Part shown: in pieces, positions 35,597 through 49,260 of the stretch
Numbering within the stretch: position 1 is the stretch's first letter
Layout of the letters: each line of letters starts with the position of its first letter
Assembly: GCF_011745625.1 (NCBI RefSeq)
Contig: NW_027191491.1
Coordinates: 124,001 to 177,764 of the forward strand
Reading direction: 5' to 3'
DNA length: 53,764 nt
DNA from: Cladosporium halotolerans
Lineage: Eukaryota
Translations under genes and position numbers: made by a program
Notes under the pieces: model-generated
The model's input: only the letters and a program-made list of their open reading frames with translations
Told to the model about the DNA's origin: nothing
Databases searched by the model: none

Positions 35597-37817
35597 TTAC
35601 TCGTCGTCTTGCCCCACTTGTCGGTACTTCCCACTACCTCCACCGTTCGCGTCGCCCTTCTTGACGAGGTTGCTGATCCAGCCGCCGACGCCCTCTTCGC
35701 GCTCCGAGTCTTTGCTGAGGACCGGCTTGCCTCCCTGGATCTCGACGGCGGGCGGGTCGATGTCGAGGTCGGGCACGTTGGGGTCGACGTTGGACTCGCC
35801 CTCGCCCAGACGGAACGAGGGAACGGGCGAGCGGTTGCCGGAGAAGAGGGATTCTGCTTCCGCGAGAGTCTCTGGGGTGGGAGCCATTGTCGTGGCGTCG
35901 CCGAAGAGGGAGTTCATGTCTTCGAGGCGGACGTTGGCGGTTTCGGGGTAGATGAACCAGACTGGATCATGTTAGCGAGAGCTCAACTCAGATCTAGAAC
36001 ATGGACACATTGTAAGACTTACCAACAACAAAAGACACAGCGCAGAAGAACGCATGAACCAAATACAGCCGCCACTTGATAGCATCCTGCAAAATCGGCG
36101 TCATCTCGCCCACGAGCCAGTTGAACGACCAGTTGGCAGCAGTCGACAGACTGGCACCCTTCGCGCGAATGCTGAGCGGCAGGATCTCCGGTGGGTAGAG
36201 CCAGGGAATCGGACCCCACGAGAAACCGAACGAGGCGTTGTAGATCATGACGAAGATGACGACCAGGGTCGGCGTGAGCTTGATGTCGATGTAGATGAAG
36301 TACGAGATCGCGGACAGCGAGATGATCATGGCAGCCGCGCCAGAGAGCAGGATGAATCGACGACCGAGACGATCTACGAGGTACCAGGGCGGGACGGTTG
36401 ACATGAGGTAGGTGACGCCGTTGATGCCGGTCATCAGGATAGCGTCGCGGCCGACCCAACCGGCTTGCTCGAAGACCAGAGGCGCATAGTAGGAAATAAC
36501 GTTGATGCCGTTCAGCTGTGCGAGAGCCTGGGCGGACATAGCGATGAAGACACGCTTGTAGTAGCGCTTGAACATGTCGTAGTAGCTGCGCTCGCCTTCC
36601 TGGCGCTGCAGGAGGACGTTCATCTTGATCTCGCGGTACTCATCTCTCGCCTTGGGGTTGTGAATGTCACCCTTGCCGTACAAGTTGGCAATCACTACAA
36701 TGCCTTCCTCGTCGTGGTCATTGTCCAACAGCCAGCGAGGCGACTCCACGACCAGGAAAGTGCCGACGGCCAGAAGGGATCCCATAATGACCTGCATGAA
36801 AAGCGGCGCACGCCATGCCCAGTCATTGTTGATATAGCTGCAGCCGTAATCGACCCAGACACTGACCATGTAGCCGAAGATGTTGCCAGAAAACTCGATG
36901 CACGCCAGCTTGCCTCTGTTGTGCGGAGGCGAGATTTCCGACTGGTAGACGGGCACAATCGTAGTGAGAGCGCCCACGCCGAGACCAGCTATAATTCTCC
37001 CGAGCATCATCATGGGCATGCCCGTGGCGAATGTCTGGCAAGCTCCTCCAACAACGAAAATGAGGGCACCATATAGAATGGTCTTCTTCCTGCCAATGAC
37101 ATCGCCTATCCGTCCGGTGACGAGCGAGGCGATCAGAGCACCGATCTCAAGAATAGCTACCATGGTTCCGATCTCGGCCCTCGAAGGCTGGTTGAAGTAG
37201 TCCTTGAAGTACGGGCCCGTGATGAGGCCCGACATGACGCCCTGATCATATCCGAAGAGGAAGACGCCTAACGAGACGAAAATCGACAGGAAGTAGATCA
37301 GCTTCTTCCCGTGCAACCCGTGCATACGGGAGGGTCCATCTGCGGCGGGCATGAGGGCGGCGGCTAGGAGCTTCTCGCCCCAGTTGAGTCTTCTGGGCGG
37401 AGGCTCCGGGATGGGGATGTCCTTGGGGCTCTTAGGAACGCTGGCGAAGCGTCCGGTGTGCTGGCCTTCCTTCTCGTTGTTCGCGCTCCGAGAAGCGTAT
37501 CGCACCCTCTTCTGGTGGCCGCGGCCTCGGTGGTGCGAGCTCTGAGGGTCGTCGACGCTCACGCGTACACGTCCGGCGAGCGGGTCCTCGTCGGCAAGCT
37601 GGTCGACGAGATCGCCCGTGTCACTCCAGAGCGAGAAGTCGGAGCGGTCGTCGTCGTCGTCTGTCTCGGAGTAGGAGCCGGAGCGGCGCAGGCGCGCGCG
37701 GTCGCCGTACTTTTCGTCGAAGCTCTCGCGGTGGGAGCGGCGGGAGGAGGAACCGAGGGTGTGCAGGGGGATGTTGGCGGGCTTTCGTGTACTGTTGCTG
37801 CCGATAGTGAACGGAAT
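35597..37817 (-). CDS. MFS sugar-porter family monosaccharide transporter, 2 exons (..-36023, 35961-35597); first AUG at 37352, proposed AUU start at 37817
   Basis: Motifs LFGYDQGVMSG, DVIGRKK, GRIIAGLGVG, YQSEISPPHNRGKL, ESPRWL, QLNGINVISYYAP, SWGPIPWLYPPEI and IYPET. The start position is uncertain (see findings). Confidence 0.9.
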
Positions 37818-39086
37818 CTTGGCGGTGGTCGGGGCTGTAGCGGACCCTCTCCCGCAATGGAGGTGGTGGTGTGGGCGGCGGTGCTAAGAAAAGCAGAGCG
37901 CCGTTGGGATGGAATGCGGGTAGGGACCCGGCGGTGAGGATGGGCAAGGCACGAAGAGGTAGGTGTGTGTAGGACGGCGTCGAGGTGCGTCAGAGCTCTA
38001 CCCTGCTAGACGACGACAGCCGGCGGGCCTAGGTGACTGATAGCCGGGGGTGGAGTGGGCGGCGCGTGTGATCCACTCGGCGGCGGTGTCGCTCGGGCTG
38101 GCGGTGCGTGTGGGCTGGGGGGTGCTGGCTGGCTGGCGGGAGGTCACAGCGGGCGGGATGCTGCTCATGGGCTGCAGGCGATGCAAGGCACGTGGGAGTC
38201 AGAACGAGGGGGGCATTGAGCTGCCGGGCGGGCCAGACGGTGCGTGGGAGGCGACGGGATCGCGTGGTGAGGGCAGCTGGTGTTCTGTCAAGGTCGAAGT
38301 CTAAGCTGTCCCTAGTCCCCCCAGCGTGGTGAGCGAGCGAGGCGACGTTGATGGCGCCGCTCCCGCCCGGTGGGTCCGACCACGCATTTGCCGGGGGCCT
38401 TGGAGCGATAGCGAACCCTGAGTGCGGTAAAGGCTCGACGACCGGACCCTCTGGCCTTCCTGCCCGAGCGATCTTCGAAAAGCCTCTGCGGCACCTTATC
38501 AACACTTTTCCCGTACACAACAAAATCACCCTGGCCGATCGTCGGCGGCTGCGTTCTGTTGCCTTGCAGTATCGCCAGCCCGCCTATGCACAATTACCGC
38601 GCACTGCAGCGGCCAGGCCAAGCCAATTGCAGAACCAAAGCCAACGTGACTCTGGGAGCACTTTTAGCCGCTGCTGAGCCGACTCCCTACTGCCTAGTAT
38701 TGCTAGCTATGTTCATGTGAGCACCGCAATACGACCCCGGCCGGGGCGTGAGTGGGGGACGCGTGTTGGCATTATTCATGTTACTGCTGGCCATCATCGG
38801 ACACGCTCGCGCTGTCGCGTGGATGGCACACGTGAGGGCACTGGATAAATATTCCATTTACGGTTTGGCAGAGAAGCGTTCAGAATGGCTTTTTTGTGAG
38901 ATTCGTTCCCGTGTGTAATCACTATTTCGCTGGTTTGCCCTCGGGCTCGCCCAGCCATATTCCTAATCCACAACGCCATGCAGGAGCAAGTACGATCCAT
39001 TATCGCCGTCTTGCGTGAGATATACCATAAACAACAAGCAGAAATTCAATCATTCACATCGTCCAATTATTCCCATCGTGACCGCT

Positions 39087-40692
39087 TCATGCCTGGACGA
39101 TCTTCTCAAGACCCTCAAGGAGGATGTCGGCGTGCTTCTTCTGGAAGATCAGCATGGGCCTGAGGCGGACAGCCTCCGCGCCAGAGCCACCAATGTTGAT
39201 GCCGAAGCCCTTGGCCTTCTTGAGGAGCTCGTCGCGGCGCGGCGAGTCCCAGGCGATGAAGGTGCCCTGGCCCTTGCCACGGAGGTTCTGGAAGTCCTTG
39301 GGGAACTTCTTGGCGAGCTTCTCGAGGCCGGCGTAGAGGTAGTCACCGGTCTCGGCGGTGTTCTGGACGAGGTTCTTGCTCTCGATCTCAGCGAGGATGG
39401 CGCGGAAGAGGATGGCGCGAGCGGGGTCACCGAGCCAGCTAGAGGTTGTGTTAGCACTTGTTTCGTGGTGACGTACTAGCAGAAGTGGATTAGACTTACG
39501 TGTTGAACTGGCGGTAGGCCTTGTTGGGCCTGAGCTCGGGGTTGCCGTAGTAGTAGCCAGCGGCCTGGGCCTTCTTAGAGAAGGTGACCATGTCGGGCGG
39601 GTCCTGCATGTCCCAGTGCTCGTGAGCCCAGAACTTGCCGGTGGCACCAACACCAGTCTGGACCTCGTCGACGATCATGAGAACCTTGTGCTTGCGAGTG
39701 ATCTCACGAAGGCCCTTGAAGAAGGCCGGGGAAGCGTGGTTGTCGCCACCCTCAGACTGGATGGGCTCGACGATGATGGCGGCGGGCGGGTTGTGGAAGG
39801 TAGAGATGATCTGGTCGACCTCGTCAAGGCAGCGCTGCTCCTCGCGAGCGTTCTCCTCAGCGTGCTGCTCAAGCGGGTACTTGAGCTGGGGGAAGGAGGC
39901 CTGCGGCCAGTCGAAGGCAGGAATGTCAAGCTTGTGGATGGGCTTGGAGCGAGTGCAAGAAAGCGAGCCGAAGAGACGGCCGTGGAAGCCGCCGCGGAAG
40001 GACAGGATGGACATGTTGGGGGAGCCAGGTGCCTGGTTGTCCATTGCAGTCTTGATGTCCTCCTGGGAGAACTCGACATCGTATCCACCACGCTGCTGCT
40101 GTCTCTTCCACATGAAAGCCGCCTTGAAGGCAAGCTCGTTGGCATCGGAGCCGGCAGTCGCAGTAAGGACCTGGTCAAGGCCCTTAGGCGCAGCGCGCAG
40201 CAGACCAGTCTTCAGGATCTCGGCCCAGTCGTGGGAGGGGAAGTTGCCCATGGCGGGGCGGTTGATGAGGGAAGAGGCCATCTCGGGGCTCATGGCAGCC
40301 TGGAGGAGGGTAGGGTTGCTGTAGCCGACGGGGATGGAAGCAATCTGGGCGTAGACATCGAGCAGGACGTTGCCGTCCAAGTCCGCGATGTAGTTGCCGA
40401 AGGAGTCCTGGTAGTTGGCCATCATGTTCAAGCTCCTGGTCTCGTAGACCTTGTCGAGCTCGGCGATCGCCTTCTTGGCCTCGGGGCCAGGGATCTGAGT
40501 GCGCATGACGGGACCGGTGGGCTCGTCCGCGAAGTAGGGCTGCTCAATGGCATCGGCGACGGTCTGCTGGGCCGCAGCGGCGGAGGCAGCGCGAGGCGGG
40601 CTCTGGGTAGCCATACGGCGAGTGAAGGCAGTGCGAGTGTTGGCACGCAGAACAGGCTGCAGCCTAGCTGCGGAACGCATGAAGGAGGCCAT
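39087..40692 (-). CDS. UGA1: 4-aminobutyrate (GABA) aminotransferase, 514 aa, 2 exons (40692-39500, 39438-39087)
   Basis: Mitochondrial-type N-terminus. Motifs DVYAQIASIPVGY, GSDANELAFKAAF, FHGRLFGSLS, EPIQSEGGD, DEVQTG, the PLP lysine in TFSKK, and RQFNTWLGDP. Confidence 0.97.
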
Positions 40693-41780
40693 GTCGGTGG
40701 CACTTGTGTGATGTCGGTGTAAGAGGTTCGAAGGGAAGAGTGTGCGACTTCAATGAAGAACGCGGGGATAAGATGGAGTTATGACGCGCTTCGTTGCGCT
40801 TGATGAGATAAGAGCTTGAGACCTCTGGTGGCAAAGAAAGGAAGACTCAAGGATTGAGTATTCTGTGTGAACGAAGAGAGAGATGATGGTCAGAGGGGAA
40901 GCAAGAGGCCCAGGTGCGGAGGCGCGGCCCTTCAAATACTTCGCGGTGTCTTCTATCTCTCAAAGCTACAGATGTCGGCCGAAGCGCTAGTTCTGCTACT
41001 CCACACTCTCACGCCCTGCTTCGCATGTACCTGCCTCTTTCGGGCAGGTCCACGCGAGGAATATGACTTCCCCGTGTCAGTCCGCCGTGTTGTGTGTCAA
41101 GAATATTTGACAAGAATGGGAGTCTCCGTGGATAGAATTATCGTGCCGAGCAGCGGGCGTACGCATCCAATGTGACAGCGCCGGCAACGATTGTGAGGAG
41201 AGATAGATGAAAGCTCAAGGTGAGAGAGCCCTATCTCCTGCCATATCGAGGATGCCGATAAGCAGCCACAAATGCTTGGGATTTGAGGGGTTGAAGAGAG
41301 GGAAGATCCACGCACAACGACAACTGCCTATTGAAAACTGCCTACTGGAGATTCTGTCAACTTTGCTCATGCAAATACTCGATGTTGATGATTATCAAGG
41401 GAGAATTGGGTGCATGACGGTAGAAGCGCAGCGCAAAGAGATGACGGACTTCCACAAAGGTATGGCAAATAGACTGCTACACTGCTGAATAGTAAGTAAA
41501 TCATGAACATGTCAATTTGGATTCTGCATGAAAGAACAATAGATTTTTTTCTCTCGGTCAATGTGAGATCGCAAATGCTATGTCTCAAGCTATGGTACTT
41601 CCATTCTGAGCAGTTACTTCATAGCCCTGTGTCAGCCAATGCATCAAGCAGTTGACGATCCCATCCATCCATATGCACGCTTGAAAAGAACTACCACATT
41701 GCCATTTGCCTCAGAGAAGTATGTACAGCTCCAATTGCCCTCCTACACTAAACATTACCGCGAAGTCTGCGAACTTCGCC

Positions 41781-42594
41781 TCAGAACCTCTCAATATAAT
41801 TCTTGCGGCCAACCCCAAGCTCCTGCGTCAGCTTGCGCGGATTCAAGTACTTCTCAAGCAACGAACCCATGAAGCGGCCACCTTTCGCGGCTTTGGTCGG
41901 CGTGGTGTCTGACGTCTGCGTGCCGAAATCTCTTTCCGGCCTGGGAGGCGTACAGATGGCGCGGCTGCTGATGCGCCAGTAGTCGAGCTCGATGTTCTGG
42001 TCTAGGATCCTCAAGCGCTTGTCGATCATCAACGGCGTCAAAGTCCCTCTGAGTTCGGGGAAGACTCTACGTAGTTTGGCGACGATGGCGGCGTGCGAGT
42101 AGTTTCGAGAGTCCAACAGGCAGATGGCTCTGTCGTGCTGCGTGGTCCAAGTGTCGGGCAGTGGTGGCAAGTCAAGAAAGCGATCGTTGAAGATTGAAGT
42201 GGTGTGGAAGATTCTAGGACGCTTTGGCGAAGTCGGTGACCCGGCCAATTGAGGCTTGCTCAGAAGAGGTGCTGAGCTCGAGGTAGTTGGACGGATAGGT
42301 GAAGCATTCTCTTTGCCGAACACCGGTGAATCCTTGCCTGATGGCGTTGGTGGGAGGCCAGATGGGCTGGGAAATGCATTGACTCTGGTTCCCAATGGTG
42401 CCGAGATGGTGTAGGAACGACGGTGACGTCGAGTGCGAAAAGGGCTGGGCGAGCGCCTTGAAGAATTGTCAGTCTAGGTCCAAGACGAGGAGTGGTCTCT
42501 CGTGGACTTACGAATGTTCGGTCGCTCTCTTGACGCTAGAGCTGTCCGGCCGGCGCGTGGCCATACTATGGATCATGGGCGCGGTAGAGGACAT
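41781..42594 (-). CDS. Hypothetical protein with a short Myb/HTH-like domain, ~250 aa, 2 exons (42594 or 42564-42512, 42456-41781)
   Basis: A canonical 55-nt intron (gtaagt..ctgac..aag) joins an AUG exon in frame to ORF 41781-42395. The domain reads WTTQHDRAICLLDSRNYSHAAIVAKLRRVFPEL...IDKRLRILD. Confidence 0.65.
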
Positions 42595-43748
42595 GAGGAT
42601 GTCGGTTGCGATCTGGCAGAAAAGCGTGGTATGAGATGGAGGCGCATTGTGCGAAACGGTTGGGAAGCATTGAAGGTCCCTTGCCACCAAAGAAGGGCAA
42701 GTCCAAGTCTTCTCTCATGGAAAGGCAGGCACGCCTCTGTCATTGTCAGCTGCGCTGTCAGCGTGGAAGACGCTGTATTGCCATCACAAAGCATCGTGAC
42801 TTTGCGAGTACGAATCAAGTTGGTTTTTTGGTTATTGATTTTGTGTTACCCTCAGCGCTGATGCTATCCGTTTAACGAGGATCAGTTAGTAACATGTTGC
42901 ACTGGGTCCTCCTTAACCAAGGCGCTCCAGCTGCGGAACCACAAGCAGTGGCCATGTTACGGCGTGGCGAAGACCATTTTGTAGATTCATCCGGCAACGA
43001 TCAGAGAGCGCTCATTCATACGTCGTGGCCGAAGCTGCACCCAAAAAGGCATACAGCTCATTGATCACCGGTCGCTCGTATAGACCTCAGAGTCCATCCG
43101 CCCTTCAGAGTATCTTATGTTCTGATGCTGCATCTTATCGATCAAAAAGGGGACGAACGAAAATCCGGTGATTCGGATGTCGGGGAATTTCCATATGTAT
43201 GTCATTTGTTCCCCAGGAGTTTACATGATCAAGCTGCAATCAATGCGTCTCCGAAACTGCCGCTGAGCGAGACCATCTCCCTGCACATGGCGCCCGCGAG
43301 GGATGGAGAAATGCAAGCCTCGGCAAGTGCTCCGGCAAAAACGTCGTCCAGAGACACACAGCCTGACAACAATCCATGTCCGAACGACGGTACGAGGGAG
43401 ACATGCCGTATTTATATATTACCTGTCGCACGGACACGCCGTAGTCAGCAGTTCATCTGATTCAGATCGACCCGCACCAACGGGCGGGTGTTTGGCTGGC
43501 CTGCAAGCGTACGTACCTCCCGCGCCGGGCAAAAGGCCAAGCAAACGTTTTCCGAGGAAACGTCGGCGCTGTCGGCGAAAGCTGCAGCTCCCAGCCCGAA
43601 CCGCATTCGATATCCTGTCGCGCAAGACAGATTTCCCCATCACCACCGCATCCACCCTCCACCCTCACCACCTCACTCTCCACTCCTCTTCCTCCGTCCA
43701 TTCGCATCGCCTCGGTCAGGTCATTCCCGCGCGTCCACATCAGTCACC

Positions 43749-44691
<943 letters not shown>

Positions 44692-45302
44692 ACAATTTTC
44701 CTTTGTTGATACTGCAAACCAGCCGCAAGTGAGAGGAGGACGCTCATAGAAAGAATGGGACGGAGCCTCTCGGCTGTGATGAACTCGGAGACGGACGGGT
44801 GTCTCTGAAAAATGGCGATTGGATTGGGATCGTGTTGTTGTGGGATGACAGCGCGCCCCCTGTGAGTCCAGTGCAGGACCGCGCGCACATATGAAACGAA
44901 GTTAGGTTTTAATTCTCCAACCTGTGTATAGAAAGTATCTGAGCGCTGAGAAGACTTTTGTAACATATGCGAAGAATTAAAGCATTTACTGTTACCCTTT
45001 ACGATTAAAAGTGCATGGAATTTTCGCGGAGCCAGAGACGGCAAACGAGCAGAAGCTCCAAAACTTCGCCAAACGTAGAGTTTGGATTAGGATGAGGAAG
45101 CGAGGTGGTTGAGACACGCTCGAATTGGGTCAAGACTTCAGATACAGCTATGGACCCAACTTGAAAGAGCTACGCAGGTTCCAGTATCCAACTTGCAAAC
45201 ACATCGACAACACCAACGCCACAACTAACAAGACCAACCAAACCCACATCCAACCCAGGCAATCTCAGACCCCAGCACCACCACACCTTCCCCCCTCCCA
45301 CC

Positions 45303-45953
45303 TCAACCCCCCAGCGCCTCATCCACCGCCCCCTGCGTCTCCCTCCAACACTTCAACCCCTCCACATCCGCAATCCACCTCTGCACCTGCGGAAAATCCT
45401 GCATCGAAAACCTCTGCTTCCGCCACAAATGCACGCTCGCCGCGACGCTCAGATCCGCCACCGTGACATCCGGCCCACAAATCCAGCTCCCCGTCTCCGC
45501 CAGCCGCCCCTCCAGCACGCCCGCCAGCTCCCTCCAGCGCGGCTCCTGCGCCTTCAGGACCTCCGCGTCCGGCCGCCCGCCCAGCAGCGGCGCCGCGACG
45601 TTCTGCACCAGGTAGACGTAGCAGCTCGCGAACCAGACGCTGGCCTCCCAGAAGAGCCAGCGGTGGATGTCGGCGCGCTTCTTGGCGTCCCGCGGGTACG
45701 CGGGGGTGTCGCCGGCGAGCTCGGCGGCGTAGAGGATGATGGCGTTGGATTCGGTCAGCGTCAGGGAGCTGTCGACGACGGCGCAGGGCACGGTGCCGCA
45801 GGGGTTGATTTTGAGGTAGGAGGGGGCTTTGTGGTCGCCGGCGAAGTAGGACATTTTGTGCAGGGTGTAGGGCGTTTGCAGGTGGGCGAGGGCGGCGAGG
45901 ACTTTGCGCGAGTTGACGGTGCAGGGGTCGAGGTGGAGGTCGAGGGAGGCCAT
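45303..45953 (-). CDS. Glutathione S-transferase, 216 aa
   Basis: Motifs NSRKVL, YLKINPCGTVP, LTESNAI, IHRWLFW and GPDVTVADL. Confidence 0.9.
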   Translation of the reverse strand: MASLDLHLDPCTVNSRKVLAALAHLQTPYTLHKMSYFAGDHKAPSYLKINPCGTVPCAVVDSSLTLTESNAIILYAAELAGDTPAYPRDAKKRADIHRWLFWEASVWFASCYVYLVQNVAAPLLGGRPDAEVLKAQEPRWRELAGVLEGRLAETGSWICGPDVTVADLSVAASVHLWRKQRFSMQDFPQVQRWIADVEGLKCWRETQGAVDEALGG

Positions 45954-46798
45954 TTTGGGGTCTTGTGGGTGTGGTTGTTGGATGGATGGTTGAGTTGGAG
46001 TGTTTTTGGTCCCGGGCAGTGGGTAGACGACAGGGTTCGTCTTGGTATTTCCAGGCGCAATGCCAGGCGCTCCGCGACGGCTCTGTTATTCCAAGTGTTC
46101 GAAGCTAGGTATCCGAGGTCCCGTACAAGTCTCAAGGCGCAGCAGTACTAAGTAAACGTCTTCCAGATGAAAAGATCTCAGTAATCACCCTTCCCAAAAC
46201 CGATCTCCCGGGCCCCAGCAAGAACAAGGATTCTTATAACCCTCCCGACCCTGGTCCCTACCCGTCTCATCAGTCGGCCCACTATACCCGGGCGCAAGCC
46301 GTTGCTTTTGCAAGCTATCGAAGCGACGTCCGCAATTTGAGTTTCGTCCCTCTTCACAGCACGAACAGACTCCCCCGCACGCCTGCCAAAGCGGGGTCTG
46401 GGGTCTGGTCTCGACCTCGCGTGCGTAGCGCAGCCGCCGTTGTGGACCACGCGTGATCGTAAGCACGGTTGGGAGAGGAGGGGGGTGGAAACGGGAAACC
46501 TCCAGTCGTGCGAGGGCTGTACCCGGTGAGAGATGCCATATGGCCGGGAAATGGGGGGACTACGCAATGCGCCGGGTGTTGTGAAGTGAGAGGGGGCAAA
46601 TTTAGTGTTGATTATTTCATTTCCTCGCTCTGAAAGCTGTACATTAAGGTGCCAGTTTGTGCCGCCTTGGAGCGCGACTGTTCGCGACGAGGGAAGGGTG
46701 GCATTTTTCAGTCAATCTGTTCTTATTTCGCCCGGCACGTGCCCCGCCGTCTGCGGATGAAGGTGTCACGTCTGTCAAAAATCTTGTCCGAGCGTGAT

Positions 46799-49055
46799 CT
46801 AGAGGGTTTGTTCCAGCGCGAGGACCTGGGATGGAGTTAGCACAAGGCTCGCTGATCGATTTACGATCCAGAAAAAAGACTCACAATCGCCGTCCTGGTG
46901 GGAATGTACACCTGGATAAAGTTCTTCCTCTCATTCCACGCGAAATCCGTCGTGAAAAACCGCTGGTCCTCCTTAATCCTGCCCAAGCCACCGAACTGCG
47001 GGGAGTCCGTATTCAACACAATCTTATACGTCCCCGCCTCCTCAACACCAACCCTGTAATCCGTAAAACTGCTGCTGGGATGGAAATTGAAAATCCACAG
47101 CAAGCCCGCGCGCTCGAACGCAATGACCTTGTCGCCGTCGTGCTTGAGCGAGACGTAGGCCTGCGGGCTGTGCAGCCAGCCGTACTTTTCCTCAGTCCAC
47201 TGCATCTTGCTGTCGAACTCGTTGAGCGGCTTGTAGCGCAGCAGGTCGTCGTCCGGCAGGTTGAACTGGCGCCGCGCGTAGTGGAAGGAGTTGCCGTTGC
47301 CCTCGCGCGGGAAGTCGAGCCATTCGGGGTGGCCGAACTCGTTGCCGAGGAAGTTGAGGTAGCCTTCGCCGCCGAGGCCGTGGGTGATCAGGCGGATCAT
47401 TTTGTGCAGGGCCATGCCGCGCTCGATGACGGGCGTGAACTCGGTCAGGGTGGACATGTTGGTGTACATTTCGGCGTCGCAAAGCCAGAAGAGGAGGGTT
47501 TTGTCACCGACGAGGCTGTGGAGTGTCAGTAATGGTCCAGCGTTTGAGGTACTATGATGACTTACGCTTGATCGTGTGACTCGGCGTATGCGATCGTCTT
47601 CTCTCCGTGGCGCCTATTGGTCAGTGTAAAGACCAAGTTGCCCATGTCCCAATCGATATCCTGCTTCTCCTTCAGCCACTTGATGTACAAGTCCGGAATT
47701 GCCATAGCCAGTCTGTAGTCGAATCCTATTCCACCCAGGCTCAGCTTGATGCACAATGCCGGCATGCCACTGACATCCTCCGCGATGGTGATGCAATCAG
47801 GGTAAAGGTTGTGTAGCATCTCGTTGGCAAGCATGAGGTACACCACACCTTCCTCATCCACGTTAGGGCCGAAGTACTCGTGGTAGCCGCCGCTGAAACC
47901 AGTGCCAATGCCGTGGTGGTTGTAAAGCATGGAGGTCACACCGTCGAAGCGGAAGCCATCGAAGCGGTACTCCTCCATCCAGAAGCGTAGGTTTGAAAGT
48001 AGGAAGCGCAACACCTCGTGGTGGCCGTAGTTGAACAGTCTGCTGTCCCAGAGCTCGTGACGGCCCTTGGCGCCCTCGTGGAAGTAAAGGTGATCGGAGT
48101 TGTCGAACATGTTCAGCCCGTCAAGGACATTCTTCGACGCGTGCGAGTGAACCATGTCGAGCAATACCGTGATGCCCATGCCGTGAGCAGTATCGATGAG
48201 CTCCTTGAGATCGTCGGGAGAGCCGTAGCGGCTGCTGGCAGCGAAGAAGCTGTTGATCTGATAGCCGAACGAGGCGTAGTATGCGTGCTCCATGATAGCC
48301 ATGAGCTGGATGACGTTGTAGCCAAGGTGCTTGATGCGAGGGAGAACGTTCTGAGTGAACTCCTTGTACGTCGCAACCTTGGGCTCGGGGCTGGCGATAC
48401 CAACGTGAGCCTCGTAGATCCTAGCGCTGAGAGGCTTCGGCGGACGAGGGTTCTTCCACTGGTATTGCGTAGGAGGGTTCCAGAAACGAGCATCGTATAC
48501 CGGGCTCACGTTCAGGTCTTGTGTGACTCTCTTGATCCAAGCAGGAAGCCTCTCAGCTCTGGCGTGGTCGTTGGGTACGACCATGCTGATCTTGAGCTTG
48601 CTGTCGTGCTCGATGGCAGGCTGCCCATTGACAGGCGGGAGTGTGATCTCGAAAACACCGTATGCATCCTTCTTCATCTCATGGCTATCCCGGTTCCAGC
48701 CGTTGAAGTCGCCAATCAGGTATGCGCGGAGGGCGTTAGGAGCCCACTCTCGGTATGTGATCGTGTTGTCCGGTGCGACATTGAAGCCAAAGCGCTCATA
48801 GCCGCGTGAGAACTTCTCCAGTCCACCCTCGTCGGAGTCCAGCTTCTTGATCCATTGTTGGGCTTTGGAGTAGCGCGAGCGAAGGGCGCCCGAGAAGGGC
48901 TCGAGCCAAGGGTCGAGACGGACGACGCCTGGGGATTGTTAGCGAGGCAATGCAGTGAGAGTGTGGTTGTGCTTACCGGTGCCGTCAGTGGGGATCTCGT
49001 CGTTCGCCGGAGCGCTCTGCACACTGTTCTCGGAGGTCTGGTTGAGAGGATCCAT
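46799..49055 (-). CDS. GLC3: 1,4-alpha-glucan (glycogen) branching enzyme, GH13, 699 aa, 4 exons (49055-48977, 48928-47566, 47515-46885, 46825-46799)
   Basis: Motifs [58 protein letters not shown] and [19 protein letters not shown]. The terminal mini-exon encodes VLALEQTL*. Confidence 0.97.
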
Positions 49056-49238
49056 GGCGGTGACGTTGCTGTGGATTGTGGAGGTCGGGCGCGGTAAGGT
49101 TTGTGAGGTCGACAGCTCTCGCAGACAGCAGCACCAGCTCGAGAGGCGCACGGAGGAAGGGTATGCAGTGGTGAAGGAGGAGAAGTGGCAGCAGAACGTC
49201 GAGAGCAGACACCTACGCTCTTGTACAGCAACCGCAGA

Positions 49239-49260
49239 GCAGCAGCAGCAGCAGCAGCAT
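49239..49260. repeat. Short (CAG)n microsatellite between GLC3 and ClpX
   Basis: gcagcagcagcagcagcagcat. Confidence 0.85.

Noticed and set aside
37998..38168. Upstream AUG ORF (MSSIPPAV...) as a first exon of the sugar porter
   Set aside because: The only candidate donor (gtagag) is weak, and joining it to the ttag acceptor near 37885 gives the wrong frame. It may be a uORF or promoter sequence.
40827..40835. Exact PACE/Rpn4-like GGTGGCAAA motif
   Set aside because: It lies upstream of UGA1 rather than RPN8, and a single 9-mer is compatible with chance.
40950..41780. Short ORFs (60-100 aa) between UGA1 and the HTH-like gene
   Set aside because: They lack coding-like composition and motifs, so I treated them as intergenic.
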